Shown here: positions 14,957-27,169 of the stretch, in pieces | Layout of the letters: the number at the start of each line of letters is the position of its first letter | Numbering within the stretch: the stretch's first letter is position 1 | Assembly: GCA_964035545.1 (NCBI GenBank) | Contig: OZ037772.1 | Coordinates: 9,916,618 to 9,980,617, forward strand | Direction of reading: 5' to 3' | DNA: 64,000 bases | From: Bugula neritina | Lineage: Eukaryota > Animalia > Bryozoa | Position numbers and translations under genes: made by a program | The notes under the pieces: generated by a model | What the model saw: only the letters and a program-made list of their open reading frames with translations | What the model was told of the DNA's origin: nothing | Database searches by the model: none

Positions 14957-17944
14957 ATGCCTTTACAAACTAATCAAGTGCTCACTGCCTATTTACTTGA
15001 GAGGTGAGAATAGTTTTAACTCTTTATTATCTGTACGGAAAACTGACACAATGTTAATTGAATTAAAACAATCAAACACATGTATAGATGTTTATTTATT
15101 ATCTTTTAGTTGCTTTATGTCTAATGTTACACTTTTTATAAACAGTTATGATTAACTTCTACAACTTGCATGAATTCATATTCATAGTAAAAACAGCTGA
15201 CTGGAAGAAGTCTTCAAAGTTATTCTTGTTACCATTTGTGCAAAAAACAATTATGATTGAATATTTATTTGAGCAACATTATAACTGCTTTTGTTAGATT
15301 AGGAAACAATTTCCTTTCCAATACAAGATTTAATTCACTGTAATTCTGTAGGTTAAGCGATGTTGGACTAAACCCAGAGTACTATCCACGCTTCCAGAGG
15401 TTATCTGCCAAAGTTGAGGACACCTACGAGCTGAGAGAAGTCGTGAGAAAGTTGAAAACATCAAGTAGGTTCTTAATTTACTAGCATTCGATGTGACATT
15501 CGTTTACTATAGCATTCACTGTGACATCCATTTTCTATGCATTCACTGTAAGATTCACTCTGACATTCACTCTGACATTCATTTACTATGCATTCACTGT
15601 AAGATTCACTGTAACATTCACTGTGATATTCACTGTGACATTAGTTTACTATAGTATTCACTAATATGACATTTACTGCGTTTCTATAAGCCTGAAATTT
15701 TGATTGAATTTTCTCTCTGAGGTCTAAAAACAGTTGCATGGAAAGAAACTACAATCATAAGTTTATGCAAACTACAACAACAAATTTATCCATTCAAACA
15801 TCAATTTGAAATAGAGAAGCATACACTGCATGTATTTCCATGACGTTATATTCAAATGAATGCCCTTAGATTAATTGCGGTTTGTGGTTTGCATTAACTT
15901 ATATAGTTGAGTTTCATTTGATGTAACTACTTTTATTAGCCATTATTGCATTATGCAATAAAAAAATTCATGGCATAATGCAATAATGGATATTGAAAAG
16001 TTGTATAGCAATGCATCATAACAATATATAAATTCTTCTATTTTACAATATATCTAGGACCTGCTGTGGTTGGCGCAACGTATTACATCAACTTGGACGA
16101 CTCCACAGAAGTAGTTTTTAAATCTGAATGGTATGCCCGGTTGTATGTTAGGAGAATGTGCAATCACGTCTTTACACCTGAACAGTATACCTGGAAGAAC
16201 CTGATCAAGGTGAAGGTCAAATTATCATCCTCTTGTTATTTAAACAACGAGTAAACCAAGAAATTGTGTTTAAATGTTGACTTTGAGTCATTTGATGTTA
16301 TTATGACCAATCTATGTTAAAATATGAATCAAAATTGTTAACATGAATATAATATAATCCTTATAAGAGAACAAGACAAAGCAGAGATAGATGAAGATTA
16401 AATAATTATATTATACTCATTACGTACTTGTAAAAGCATTTTAAAATATGTTTGCTAATTATTTCTATGTTTATAAGTAGACTGTGTAATGACAGACATG
16501 TTGAATTATAATTTTTGTAGCTACATTAATATAATATATTTAGTGTGGAATTTACCCAGGCAGAGGTCTGTGGTTCGAATCCCGGTGGGGGCAATTATTT
16601 TACATTATATACACATTGAAAAGTTGGTGCTAAAAGATTTTATTAATTAAATACTTGTTAATAATTTTATTTAAACCTCCAAATTATTAATGTGTTCAAA
16701 AATAACATGAACTACTGTTTACTCAACAAAATTCTAAATAGGTGTGTTTCTTTGTATACCACTCAATGTCTTAACATTAATCTTTAGTGTTCTTAAATTT
16801 GGTCACTTGTTTCAGACTTTATATAAATTATCAAACTGAAAAACAAAATTTAAAAACGCATTTGTCTTAACTTATGTATTTAACTTTCAGGCTGTGCTTT
16901 TTGTTACGGATGTGGGAGTGAAAGCTCTTGAGAATGGCAAGCCACAAACAACTATAGCCTTGATAAACGCTCTTGCCTCTTTTCTAAACAAACGTAGGGC
17001 TAAGGAAATACTTGCCAATGCTGGAGGATGGGTGAGTATATTTAAAATTATTATATATTTATTCAATTTCATGCTTTCATATAATATATTATATCTCTCC
17101 TGCTTTTACATATTCTAGCCCTTAACTGTATTTGTATGTGAAATGCATTTGAACAACTTTTTTTCTAACTCACATCAAAAACTTTGGGTTCTACTCAATA
17201 TTTGGGCTACAAAGATGTTTTTCCAAGCAAAAAAAATCTAGTTTTTACCTGAATTTTGGAAAGCTTTACCATTATTAAAGTAAAAATTTTCTGGGTCAAG
17301 TTTGCTTTATTAAAGTTCTCATTGTGCGTTTTCTGTAAACTAAATACACTTCAATTATAGTACATTTGCATGATAGTTTAAACAACTTGATTTAAGAGTG
17401 GAAAAATGTTATATTGAAATCTTCTTAAATAAAAAACTATTAAATTCCAACTTTAATCGCAGCAAATTGAATATTTTTATATTGAAACACTATCTTGTGT
17501 GATTATACAAAAAACTCAAGTTTTCCATTTCTAATTGAAAATGAATTAACAAAAAATTAAAAAGAAGTTATTCTACAAACTGTTAAAAAGCCCTGCCCAG
17601 TTTACTGACATTTTTTCTTTAGTTTTACCTTTCAACTTTACCTGTTTTGCAAAACAGGTAGACGCCAATTTAATATTAGAATAAAAATTGACCTATAGTA
17701 TTGTTATATTAACAATCAAGTGCTGCATTTTTATACTAAAATTAGAAATTTATAATCACAATTTTTTTTCTTTGTATTGCATTTTTTTTCGAATTGTTAG
17801 GAGAGCCTTCCTATCATTGAACACGAGCAAGAAGAAGAAAGCTTGCCAGACTTCGTATATCGAATGTCACTCGCCATCTTTGTGTGGACAGCAACCATGG
17901 TTGTAGTGTCCAAGTTAGTTCAATTCTACAGAGAAAAATCCTAA
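14957..17944 (+). CDS. Bcl-2 family protein, divergent paralogue 5
   Basis: Exons 14957-15003 (MPLQTNQVLTAYLLER), 15352-15464, 16058-16209 (ends VFTPEQYTWKNLIK, BH1-like), 16891-17031 (AVLFVTDVGVKALENGKPQTTIALINALASFLNKRRAKEILANAGGW) and 17801-17944 (TM MSLAIFVWTATMVVVSKLV, stop TAA). Confidence 0.88.
15485..15680 (+). repeat. degenerate ~11-12-bp tandem repeat (CATTCACTGTGA-like) in intron 2 of paralogue 5
   Basis: Direct inspection. Confidence 0.8.
16540..16602 (+). mobile_element. SINE-like head fragment (family B-like)
   Basis: B-box GGTTCGAATCCC followed by GGTGGGGGCAATTATTTT; similar endings at ~52668-52750 and ~56684-56763. Confidence 0.45.
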
Positions 17945-19772
17945 GTTCCTTGTTAAAATGAATGTAATTATTAGCAATGTTGCTCTTATGTAAATATATA
18001 CTAGTTTTTGTGATATTTTTGTCCAAATCTCTTATGCACTTTGACATGAAATGGAAATAAACTTAAATAAAAACTTTCAACTGCTCTTTCTGCTCATAAT
18101 ATATAAAGGTCATTTGCTGACAAATCTGTTACACCTATAACAATAATTCCTTGCTGAAATAAAATTATACAAAAAGAAAGTTGCACAAATTTAAACATTC
18201 GACACATGCATTGATAAATTTATCTACCATTTAAAATTTAATTGCTTGAAAAGCTTAAATATGCTGTTTTATTTCACCAGGTGTGAAAGTTATTATCAGA
18301 CAATTTTTAGGCAATTTATTTATATTTTCTAGCATAGCCTGTAATAAATCTTGAAACATAGAAATTTTATTTGGAAGTTGTATTTTCATACTTTTTTCTT
18401 ATAACTCTTCCAGCTTTTTTAAGAAAAATTCTGCTAACAGTCATTCAAATATAAAACATTTTTTGTTGCAAAAAATATTAGTTTATTATGTTTTATCTAT
18501 TATAAATTTAAAATTCTTGAAGCACTCCTTGACTCAAAAATAAAATAGTTATTTATTTAAATTATGTAGCTAATTTTGTAAGCAAAGTTATATGGAGTAA
18601 TTATACATGGGTTCCTTGTAAAGTTATATTTAAACTAAAATTAAAAAAGCATCAACTGTGATGTTTGTTCAAAATTAGTATATGTAAATTTATTCGTGGT
18701 TTTTAAAGTTATTTTAGTGACTTTCAAAGAGTTGCTGTGTAAATAAATTTAAAACTATCAAACAAAGATATTTTATTCAAAAACTGAATACAATTTGAGT
18801 AAACCGCTTTAATTTTCATACCTATAATTATACTTGAATTTGTGTGACCAAATAAATTAATCAAAGCTCTACAAAGGCATAAAAAAAAAAGATAGTGGAA
18901 AGAAAGTTGAAAACAATTGATGTAATTTCCAACACTTGTAGTTTGGTCAACTCCTGGTTAAAACTTTCATACCTGAAAAGCTCTATTTGCTCAACATTAT
19001 ACCTACCATATCAATCTTGTAATGATACAACACGAATTGAAATATTCTTGAGTGCAATTTATTAGGCTATATACATAGGCATGCAACTTTAATTTTATTT
19101 GGTTATGCTAAAAAATAAATACTGAATTCTATTTACTAGTTTTAATATATTTTTATGTATTTTTATTTAGCAACTATTTTGTTATTTAAACTGATTATAA
19201 AGAACTTCTGGAGCTTGGCTTTACACTTCTGATGGTTGAAAACAATTTTTCCAGCTGTTTTTTTTTTTACTTTGGGTCAAAAGATATTATTTCAAAGTTG
19301 GAACATCTGTAATTTGTAAGGAGGGAAAATCAAACAGCTAAAATGCTGGTGAAAACAGTCAGAGTAATGTTGCACTGCTAGGTAATTGCTCTGCCGTCTT
19401 ACAAAATATTCATAGCTGAATCAAGCTGTAATTATGAGCTAAATAGGTTTTTAATGCTGCATTTTCTAAACTGTTACATTAGAAAGTTCTAGAAAAAATG
19501 CTATGCTAGCTCAAAGTTTACAATAGACTCCAACAGAGCTTTTATGCACAGATGCAGATGCAGGAATAAAAATAGATTTTGTTTAGCTAAAAGAAAAGCT
19601 CGCACTTACGACACTGGGGGAACACTTTAATAGCATAAAATATCTTTTCTAAACTTGGTGAAAAAGGTAGTAAATAAAAAATACGAAGATCAACATCTCT
19701 TGACATCTTAGAAGATTATCAGGAAACAAGAAATACAGAGAACAAGAAGAGTAGTATCTGGACGTCTACAAA

Positions 19773-22700
19773 ATGCCGATTGAATCAAAGGATGTCATAA
19801 TTGCTTGTCTTTTAAAGAGGTAGGTTTGTGAAGAAGTTTCAAGTCACAGTTAGATGAATGATAACATATTCTTACTCATATTTAACTTTATAAGAACAAT
19901 TGTATATTGTTTTGTTTTAAGTTGATTAATTTCTATGCTTGGCATTGCAACAGCAACATGTCTACAGGAGTTATGCTCCCAACATAGACTTGGGGGAGAA
20001 ATTATTGCTATTAATTGTACTATTTATAGACTTTACCTTTAGATCAATCATCTGATGAGGCAGAAGGTGTTGTTTTTTTTTGCAGTTCATTTATATGAAT
20101 TTAATAAGCTACAACTACCCCCCCCTTTTCCCCCTTAAATTTCTTCTTTTTATCTACAGATTTGGTGATTAGTTTTTTAATATTCTAGAATTGAACAATT
20201 GAAGATTAATTTAGCGGACTACCCAGAAATCCAAGCATTGGCCACAAGTACCCGGAATACCAGACTGGTGGGGAGAATCGCAGAGGAGTTTAATTCACCT
20301 AGTAAGGACCTGTCAAGAAGTAAGTAAATCTTTACCAGTAAGTAAATGTCCAAAAGTAAGTAAATCTTTAACAGTAAGAACCTGTCCAGAAGTAAGTAAA
20401 CCCTTAACAGTAAGTAACTGTCCAGAAGTAGGTAACTGTCCAACAGTAAGTAACTCTTTAACAGCAAGTAAAAGTACATCAAGTAAGTCACTGCTTAAGA
20501 ATAAGTAACAGTTTAACAGCTTAAGTAGCTGGTTTATAATGAATAGCTGTTTAACACCAAGTCACTAAGTCACTGTCCTCAACAGTAAGCCACCGTTCAA
20601 CATTGAGTAACTATTCACTAATAAGTAACTGTACATCAAGTAAGTAACTGCTTATCTAAAAATTTATTGTCTTGTTTCTTTCCGGTTTTTCTAAAAGATG
20701 GTAAAATATTTAATTAAAATTGAGCTCATTGTGTAATTCAATTAGCAAAAAATATTTCCATGTTCATAGTAGGGAGCAGACATGGTCTAGGGTTTAGAGC
20801 GTTTGCCTAGTAAACTCGAAGTCATGGGTTTGAACCCGACAAAGGCCATTGGGTGATGTTAGGAAAAGTATCCAGTCAAAATTGCTCCTGTACCTCATGT
20901 AAATAAGTCTATAGCCCGGTTTAACAAAAATTCTTTTATCAGGGGTTTCTCACAGGTTTGGTGACTATTAACTTGCACGAGTTTTTCTCACTACCCAAAC
21001 AGGACAAAGCAGGAATAAGTGAAAGAATGTTTCCATGTTTATAGGAGAAGCTCTGCTAGGGTCAGGAAGTATTTTGAGTAGGCAAGTTGCCGTGTGTAGC
21101 AGACATATTCCGACAGTGAGGTTTTCTGTGGCCATTAGAAGAGCCATCAATTTCTTAGCAGAGAGGGTGTTCAACAATCACCAATACTACTCCTGGGATA
21201 ATATCAACATTGTAAGTTCTTTAGTGATAGTGGTTTTAGCAGTTTTAGTATAATTGCATTTTTAGCCAATTATATAGAGTACGTGACTAAAATTAATATT
21301 TAAATCTTGTTTAATGGTACCTAGTTCAGTGCAATGAAATAATCTCAAAGTTGATTGCTACTTTGAATAGTTAAATAGTTTTGTTTATAAATGTGGGTAC
21401 AATAAAAAATTTGGTACATCAACTTAGTTAATTTTATGTTGTTGCATGACTTTTGTAGTATTAATAGCTTAGTTATTAAAATTCATTTAATTTATGTTAC
21501 ATTAAATTGGTATGCAAATTAAATTTAAAATAAATAAAGAAGTATTTCAAAATGTAAGTGAAAATATGTTTTTTTTATATTTGTTAGGTCGATCCTCATA
21601 AAACACCTGTAATTTAAGATATAACTATATATAGATATATGCATATATTATTTTTATCTCTATTTAGTATATAGTAACGGCTACAGAAATAGCTATTGAG
21701 GTCTTGAGTAGAGATACAGAGCAAAGAGTAATTCTAGTGATGCAGAGGATAGCAGACTACCTTAATAACAGTGAAGCTCGGGAATTCATAAGACTGTCCG
21801 GTGGTTGGGTAAGTGTGTAGTTATACAGAGAAAGTACATCATAATTATACTAATGTATTATGAGGTATATCATATATACTACTGTATTATGAATTACACT
21901 ATATACACTACGGTATTATGAAGTACACCATATATTATACTACTGTATTATGAGGTATATAATATATACTACTGTATTATGAAGCATTATTTTTATATTT
22001 TCTTTGCTAATCACCATCTTAAATCATCTGTATGTACAGAGAATGTTTCAGCTGTATCTCAAATAAAACGCAGTCAGTCCTATATGAGACAAATTCAACC
22101 CTTGCATGTATATAGCTGTACAATCTTACATTTAGTTCTCTTGTTGCCTAATCAATCATCATTGAGATAATCAATTGAACTGCGCACTGTTTTCCATATA
22201 CCTGATTGATACCAATGTTAGTCACTTCTTGTAATGTATATGTGTGTGCTTACAGGAGAGCTATCCTTATGTAACTGGCAACCAAGAACAACATTCTGTG
22301 GAAGCGGCAGCAGCTACTGAAGGGGCTGCAACTGCCAGACGTTCTCCAACTGTCAAAGATTCTGCACTTGTTCAGGATTCTGCAGCTGCCCATGATGCTG
22401 CAGTTGCTAGGCAATATGCAGCTGCTATAAAGCAATCTGCAGCTGCTAAACAATCTGCAGTTGCTAGAAAATCTACCGTTGCTAAGAAACCCTCAGCTGC
22501 TAAAAATTCTGCAGCTGCTAAAGAATCTGCAGTTGCTAAAAATTCTGCAGTTTCGGAGAAATCTGCAGCTGGTAAAGATTCTGCATTTGCTCAGGAATCT
22601 GCAACTGTTAAAGATTCTAAAGTTGCTCAGCAAAATACAGTTGCTAAGCAATCTATGGTTGCTAAGAAATCTGCAGTTGCTAAGAAATCTGCAGCTGCTA

Positions 22701-22921
22701 AAGACCCTGCAGTTTTGAAGAAATCTGCAGTGCCTAGAAGCTCCAGAGTAGCTGAAAGCAGTGAAGCCGATACAATGCCTACAGCTGGTCAATACTTTGA
22801 AGCTACTCAAACTGCCTCAGAAGTAACCGATGCGGCACTATTTGTCGTAGCTGCAGCTGCTTTAGGAATTATTGCGTTGTTTAGAATACGTTCTTATTAT
22901 GATAGATGGTCAAGATCATGA
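19773..22921 (+). CDS. Bcl-2 family protein, divergent paralogue 6, with a long Ala/Lys/Ser hexapeptide-repeat insert between BH2 and the TM anchor
   Basis: Exons 19773-19819 (MPIESKDVIIACLLKR), 20189-20301, 21045-21211 (ends VFNNHQYYSWDNINI, BH1-like), 21668-21808 (ends AREFIRLSGGW) and 22256-22921 (SAVAKx repeats, then TM AALFVVAAAALGIIALF, RIRSYYDRWSRS*). Confidence 0.88.
20302..20650 (+). repeat. 18-bp minisatellite built on A|GTAAGT, starting at the exon-2 donor of paralogue 6
   Basis: GT donor-like motifs at 20302, 20320, 20338, 20356, 20374, 20392, 20410, 20428 and 20446 (exact 18-nt spacing), then degenerating. Confidence 0.88.
20768..20975 (+). mobile_element. SINE family A copy (intron 2 of paralogue 6)
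   Basis: GGGAGCAGACATGGTCTAGGGTTTAGAGCGTTTGCCTAGTAAAC...GGGTTTGAACCC...GGTGATGTTAGGAAAAGTATCCAGTC. Confidence 0.75.
21835..21985 (+). repeat. ~30-bp degenerate tandem repeat (ATACTACTGTATTATGAGGTATATC-like) in intron 4 of paralogue 6
   Basis: About five imperfect units visible. Confidence 0.8.
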
Positions 22922-22998
22922 TTCAACTTGTATATCTAAACATGTTTTGTTTTTCTCTCACAATTTTTTTTCCATCAAACTCTCATAAAGAGTATGTT

Positions 22999-23300
22999 TA
23001 ATTTTTGCAATCTTTACCATTTGGTGCAATAGTTAATTTTCAATTTTTTGGCAGAATATACAAATAAAAATTTATTACTTAAATATTATTACCATGTCAA
23101 TAATTATATGTACAATTATAGAAACACTGCAACATAGCATTATATTATATTAATTTAATTTTTGCAATCTTTACCATTTGGTGCAATATAGTTAATATTC
23201 AATTTCTTGGCAGAATACAAATAAAGAATTATTACTTAAATATTATTATACCAATATTATTTTATTTGTACAATTATAAAGACATTGCAACATGGCCACT
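22999..23300 (+). repeat. ~150-bp direct duplication in the presumptive 3' UTR of paralogue 6
   Basis: TAATTTTTGCAATCTTTACCATTTGGTGCAATA...GGCAGAATA..CAAATAAA occurs at ~22999 and ~23156. Confidence 0.85.
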
Positions 23301-23553
23301 ATAACATATTAGCATCAAGGCAGAATTAACTATAAGCTATCATTTTGTAGCTTCATATGTATGTTATTAGTCTAAATCAGGCAAGCTAGCTAACTAAAAT
23401 GGTTTCTCTGGAATTGCAGTTAAATATTTCTTGTGATTTTTAAAATTTAAGTGATGAAGCCATATTATAAAGATATATTATGATGTCATCAATAAATGCC
23501 ATCATTGAATTAATTACCTTCATAACTGAAAGTTTGAAAGATCCAAAGATAAG

Positions 23554-26500
23554 ATGGCTGTCACTACCAAAGATGTTGCTATTGCCTACATGATGCAAAG
23601 GTATTATAAAATTTACAACTTAAATGGAACCCTGTTTATTGTTGTAGTATACCATAGTACAAACAACAAAAACTTCTTTATCAGTATCAAATCATATACT
23701 AAAATATCAATTTAATATAAGCAACATTTTTCAAGTTTTGGAAAGGGTTTACATTTATAATATAATTTGGTTAAATTTATATTATTTGTCATTTATATTT
23801 ATATATATAAATATGTTTTTTAGCTTATATTCATATCTATTATATTTGTTATACTTAAATTGTTTACTTATATTTATACTAGAAGCTGCCTATAAAATCG
23901 AAAGATATATGTTTAGTTGATTGGGCAGTTCTAGTATGAAAAGCTAAAACTTTAGAAATTGAGCAAAATAAATAAGTTTAATTCAACAGTAATATTGCAA
24001 AATTAGCCTAAACTTTTATTTTTTAAGCACAAATTTTTGGAAATCTATATATTGAATCTTAGAATTTGGTAAATTTATATTGTATTATCCAAAACAATCT
24101 GGTGCTTAAAATAGTGCAGTATGCAGGTTTAACTTTTGACTGATGTTTTCAATATTTTTGCCTGTGTCCATCTATTATGCGCCAAAAACCTGTGATACCT
24201 TTAAATAAAGAAGTTATGTAACAAGTTTTTTTAATAAATTATAAAGATAACGCAGCCACAGATGACAAAAACATATTTTTATAAACAAAGTGTAAGCGCT
24301 CCTTCAATAATTTCAATTTGCACCCTAAGCCCAAATCCACTAGCAACTTTCTTTCTAAATATAATGTAAATTGTATTTTATGAGAAACTTTTGTTTACAG
24401 AGTAAGAGACGTGGGGTTTAGTCCATGTGGATACCCTGAACTGCAGGTGCTTGCAGGTGAAATGAACGACAGCTGTCAACTAAGACAGGTTGTTGCCAAA
24501 CTGAATTCAGTCAGTAAGTGAATTTAACCTTTAAGCTCTTTTTGACCTTTTGACCTTTTGAACCTACACATTGCTCACTTTAATCTAAAATTTCTAAAAT
24601 TATTTAATTTAGAAGGTAGAGAGGCCATTTATTATTGTATCTAATACTAAGTAAAGTCAACTTCATTTTCGTGTTATATGAAAAACAATTTGTTAAGATA
24701 GTCAATAGACATTATACTATTTTACAAAACCATAATTAAAAAGATTTAATATGTTCAGCTGCATGGCAATAGATAAAAGAAAAAGTTATAAGCCAACTAA
24801 ATTATAATGCATTGTTGTAAGGACTTATTCAATAATTTTATTGCTTTTTTCAAAATTTGCCTAATGTTTTTTACTAAATACACCAATTACACTCCATGAG
24901 TCACTAAAATTTTGAACACTAAAAATATGTTTTCGGAACTTATAACAATGAATACATCATTAGCCCATGATAGTATTACAATATCTTTTTGTTATATCAT
25001 ATCAAAATGTGCAATTAATATTGGTAATATTTTGTTATGTTAGAGTATTTTATAATTACATTCTTATACATAAAACTTACAATATTTAATATTGTAATAT
25101 TATATTAGGACTCTTGCATTACATACTATATAATAACTGCGTTCTTATCATATATATTATATAATTATTATTGCATTGTATCAGAACACAATATTGTTTC
25201 ATAATAAAATATGACAAAATACATTATTGCTTTATAATACACAAACAAATTAATAATGACATAATTATACATAATTAAATTGAAAGATTATGTATAAAGA
25301 TAATTTATAATTTGTACTAATTTTTAATATTCTTACAGCAATTTTCACAAGAAAAATTTTTGAGTATTTGTGTTTCAGGAGCAGAGTTGGTTAGTGACAG
25401 AGAATATGGTCAAATAGTGAGTCAGGGTGGTGACAATATGTCTCCCTCTATATCATCATCTGAGGCGGAACGATTCCTTCATATGCTGGGAGACAGCAAC
25501 TTTCTTAACGGAAAGTATAACTGGGGACGTCTAAGCATGGTAAATATAACATTATACTTTTATTAAAATATTGGCAAACAGCCAGAATTATCTCTCTGAC
25601 ACACATATATAACCTTTTACCAGAAGACATTGCATTTCATTAATTAGCGTTTATTGTCAATTACAGGAAAAAAATTTTAAAAATATTATATTTTAGTTTC
25701 AACTACAAGTACTTGGATTCTATCATATTTTTAGCAAATAGTAAAAATAAAAATGTTTTTATCAAAGTTAAATTGTTTTAATGCTATCATGTTTCTTAAA
25801 ATAATACAATATAATTTACGTAAAGTATAAATATGTCACTACATATAATAGTTTAATTATTATTGCAAAAGGCTCAAAAAGTATATACATATGTGTAGCA
25901 GATTTTGCTTACAGCTTCTTGTAAATTATGTAAAAAATGTTTGGTCTTCTTTTAATCCATGAAATATGCAGAAATATTAAACACATTTTTTGATGACCTA
26001 TTAAGATTTTGAGAAGATTTTTCTTGTTCATGAACAAAATATTGTTGCTGTATATTAATTAATATGATTGATTGCATGGTTGTTTTTCACCTAATAAACC
26101 CAATTATTTGTTTCAGTTTATTGTGTACATCACAGACTTGGCTATCCAGGCTCTTAGATGCGGGTGCCCACAAAGGGCAGCCGACATTATATCATGGTTA
26201 GTGTGCTATTTGAACAACCCACTGGCTACACAATTCCTCTGTCAGTCTGGGGGCTGGGTGAGTCATTATTTACTGATTTGCTTCCTGTTTTATATAAAAT
26301 GTTACTTTTATCCAAATTTCTTCAAACTAAATAATTTTCTGTTGGAAAAAATAGAATTAGCACTTTATTTAGTTTTATCATGGTGCAAAGTTCAAACTTA
26401 AAATATTGACAATATTAATGGACATTCTATAGAAATTAATTTATCTTATTTTTACAAAATTTGTATTGTCAAAATGAGATATCATATATTATATACGTAA

Positions 26501-27169
26501 TATATATCATATATATATATAACAATATATCATATATAAACTATACTGATCAACATAGTTTTGAATATTATAATTTGAAAAATAACAATACTATAAAACA
26601 TATCGTATGATTCTCTCTGTTCAATTACTCTAAGGCAGTAATTTTGATTTACTGATTTATACTTCAATATGACGCATAGTCAACTGCTAATTTCTATTTG
26701 AAAAACAATTTTTATATTGAAATGCAAAAATCCCTTAAGTCCAGCTTAGTTATACTAAGACTAAAAAATACAAAAACATATATATATGCCTTTACCATAT
26801 ATCGTAGAGAAGATATGTCAGCACATGGTCTATAACTTATTATAGCATTATATAGAATGTCTTTTTAAATTAATAATCTCTACTAATGTATGTAGGCCTA
26901 TAGCTAAAATAAAATATATGTCAACATATAGCCTTTGCAATGTAGTAGAAAATATATTGTTTCATAGCATAGCCTCTATGTATAGCAGTTAACATTATCA
27001 CTGTATGCTTTTGCAGACCAAAGTCCTGGGAATGGATGCTAATCAAGCTGCTGCACCAAACGTAGAAGGGCTGAGTGACATGATTGTGCGAGACGCTATC
27101 ACTGCTATTGGCTCAGCTGTATCCGCCTTAGCTCAAGCCTACAACTTCTTTAACAGATGTACAAGATAG
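23554..27169 (+). CDS. Bcl-2 family protein, paralogue 7 (most canonical; BH1 NWGR and BH2 GGW intact)
   Basis: Exons 23554-23600 (MAVTTKDVAIAYMMQR), 24401-24513, 25379-25539 (ends NFLNGKYNWGRLSM), 26117-26257 (FIVYITDLAIQALRCGCPQRAADIISWLVCYLNNPLATQFLCQSGGW) and 27017-27169 (ends AITAIGSAVSALAQAYNFFNRCTR*). Confidence 0.92.

Noticed and set aside
20219-20491. Leu-rich repeat ORF (YLLLDS)n on the minus strand
   Set aside because: Antisense translation of the 18-bp donor-motif minisatellite; not an LRR protein.
22244-22921. Stand-alone histone H1-like protein, plus overlapping ORFs 22461-22718 and 22493-22810
   Set aside because: No globular H1 domain. It starts at a splice acceptor in phase with the upstream GGW exon and ends in a TM anchor, so it is the last exon of paralogue 6. 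The other frames are shadows of the repeat.
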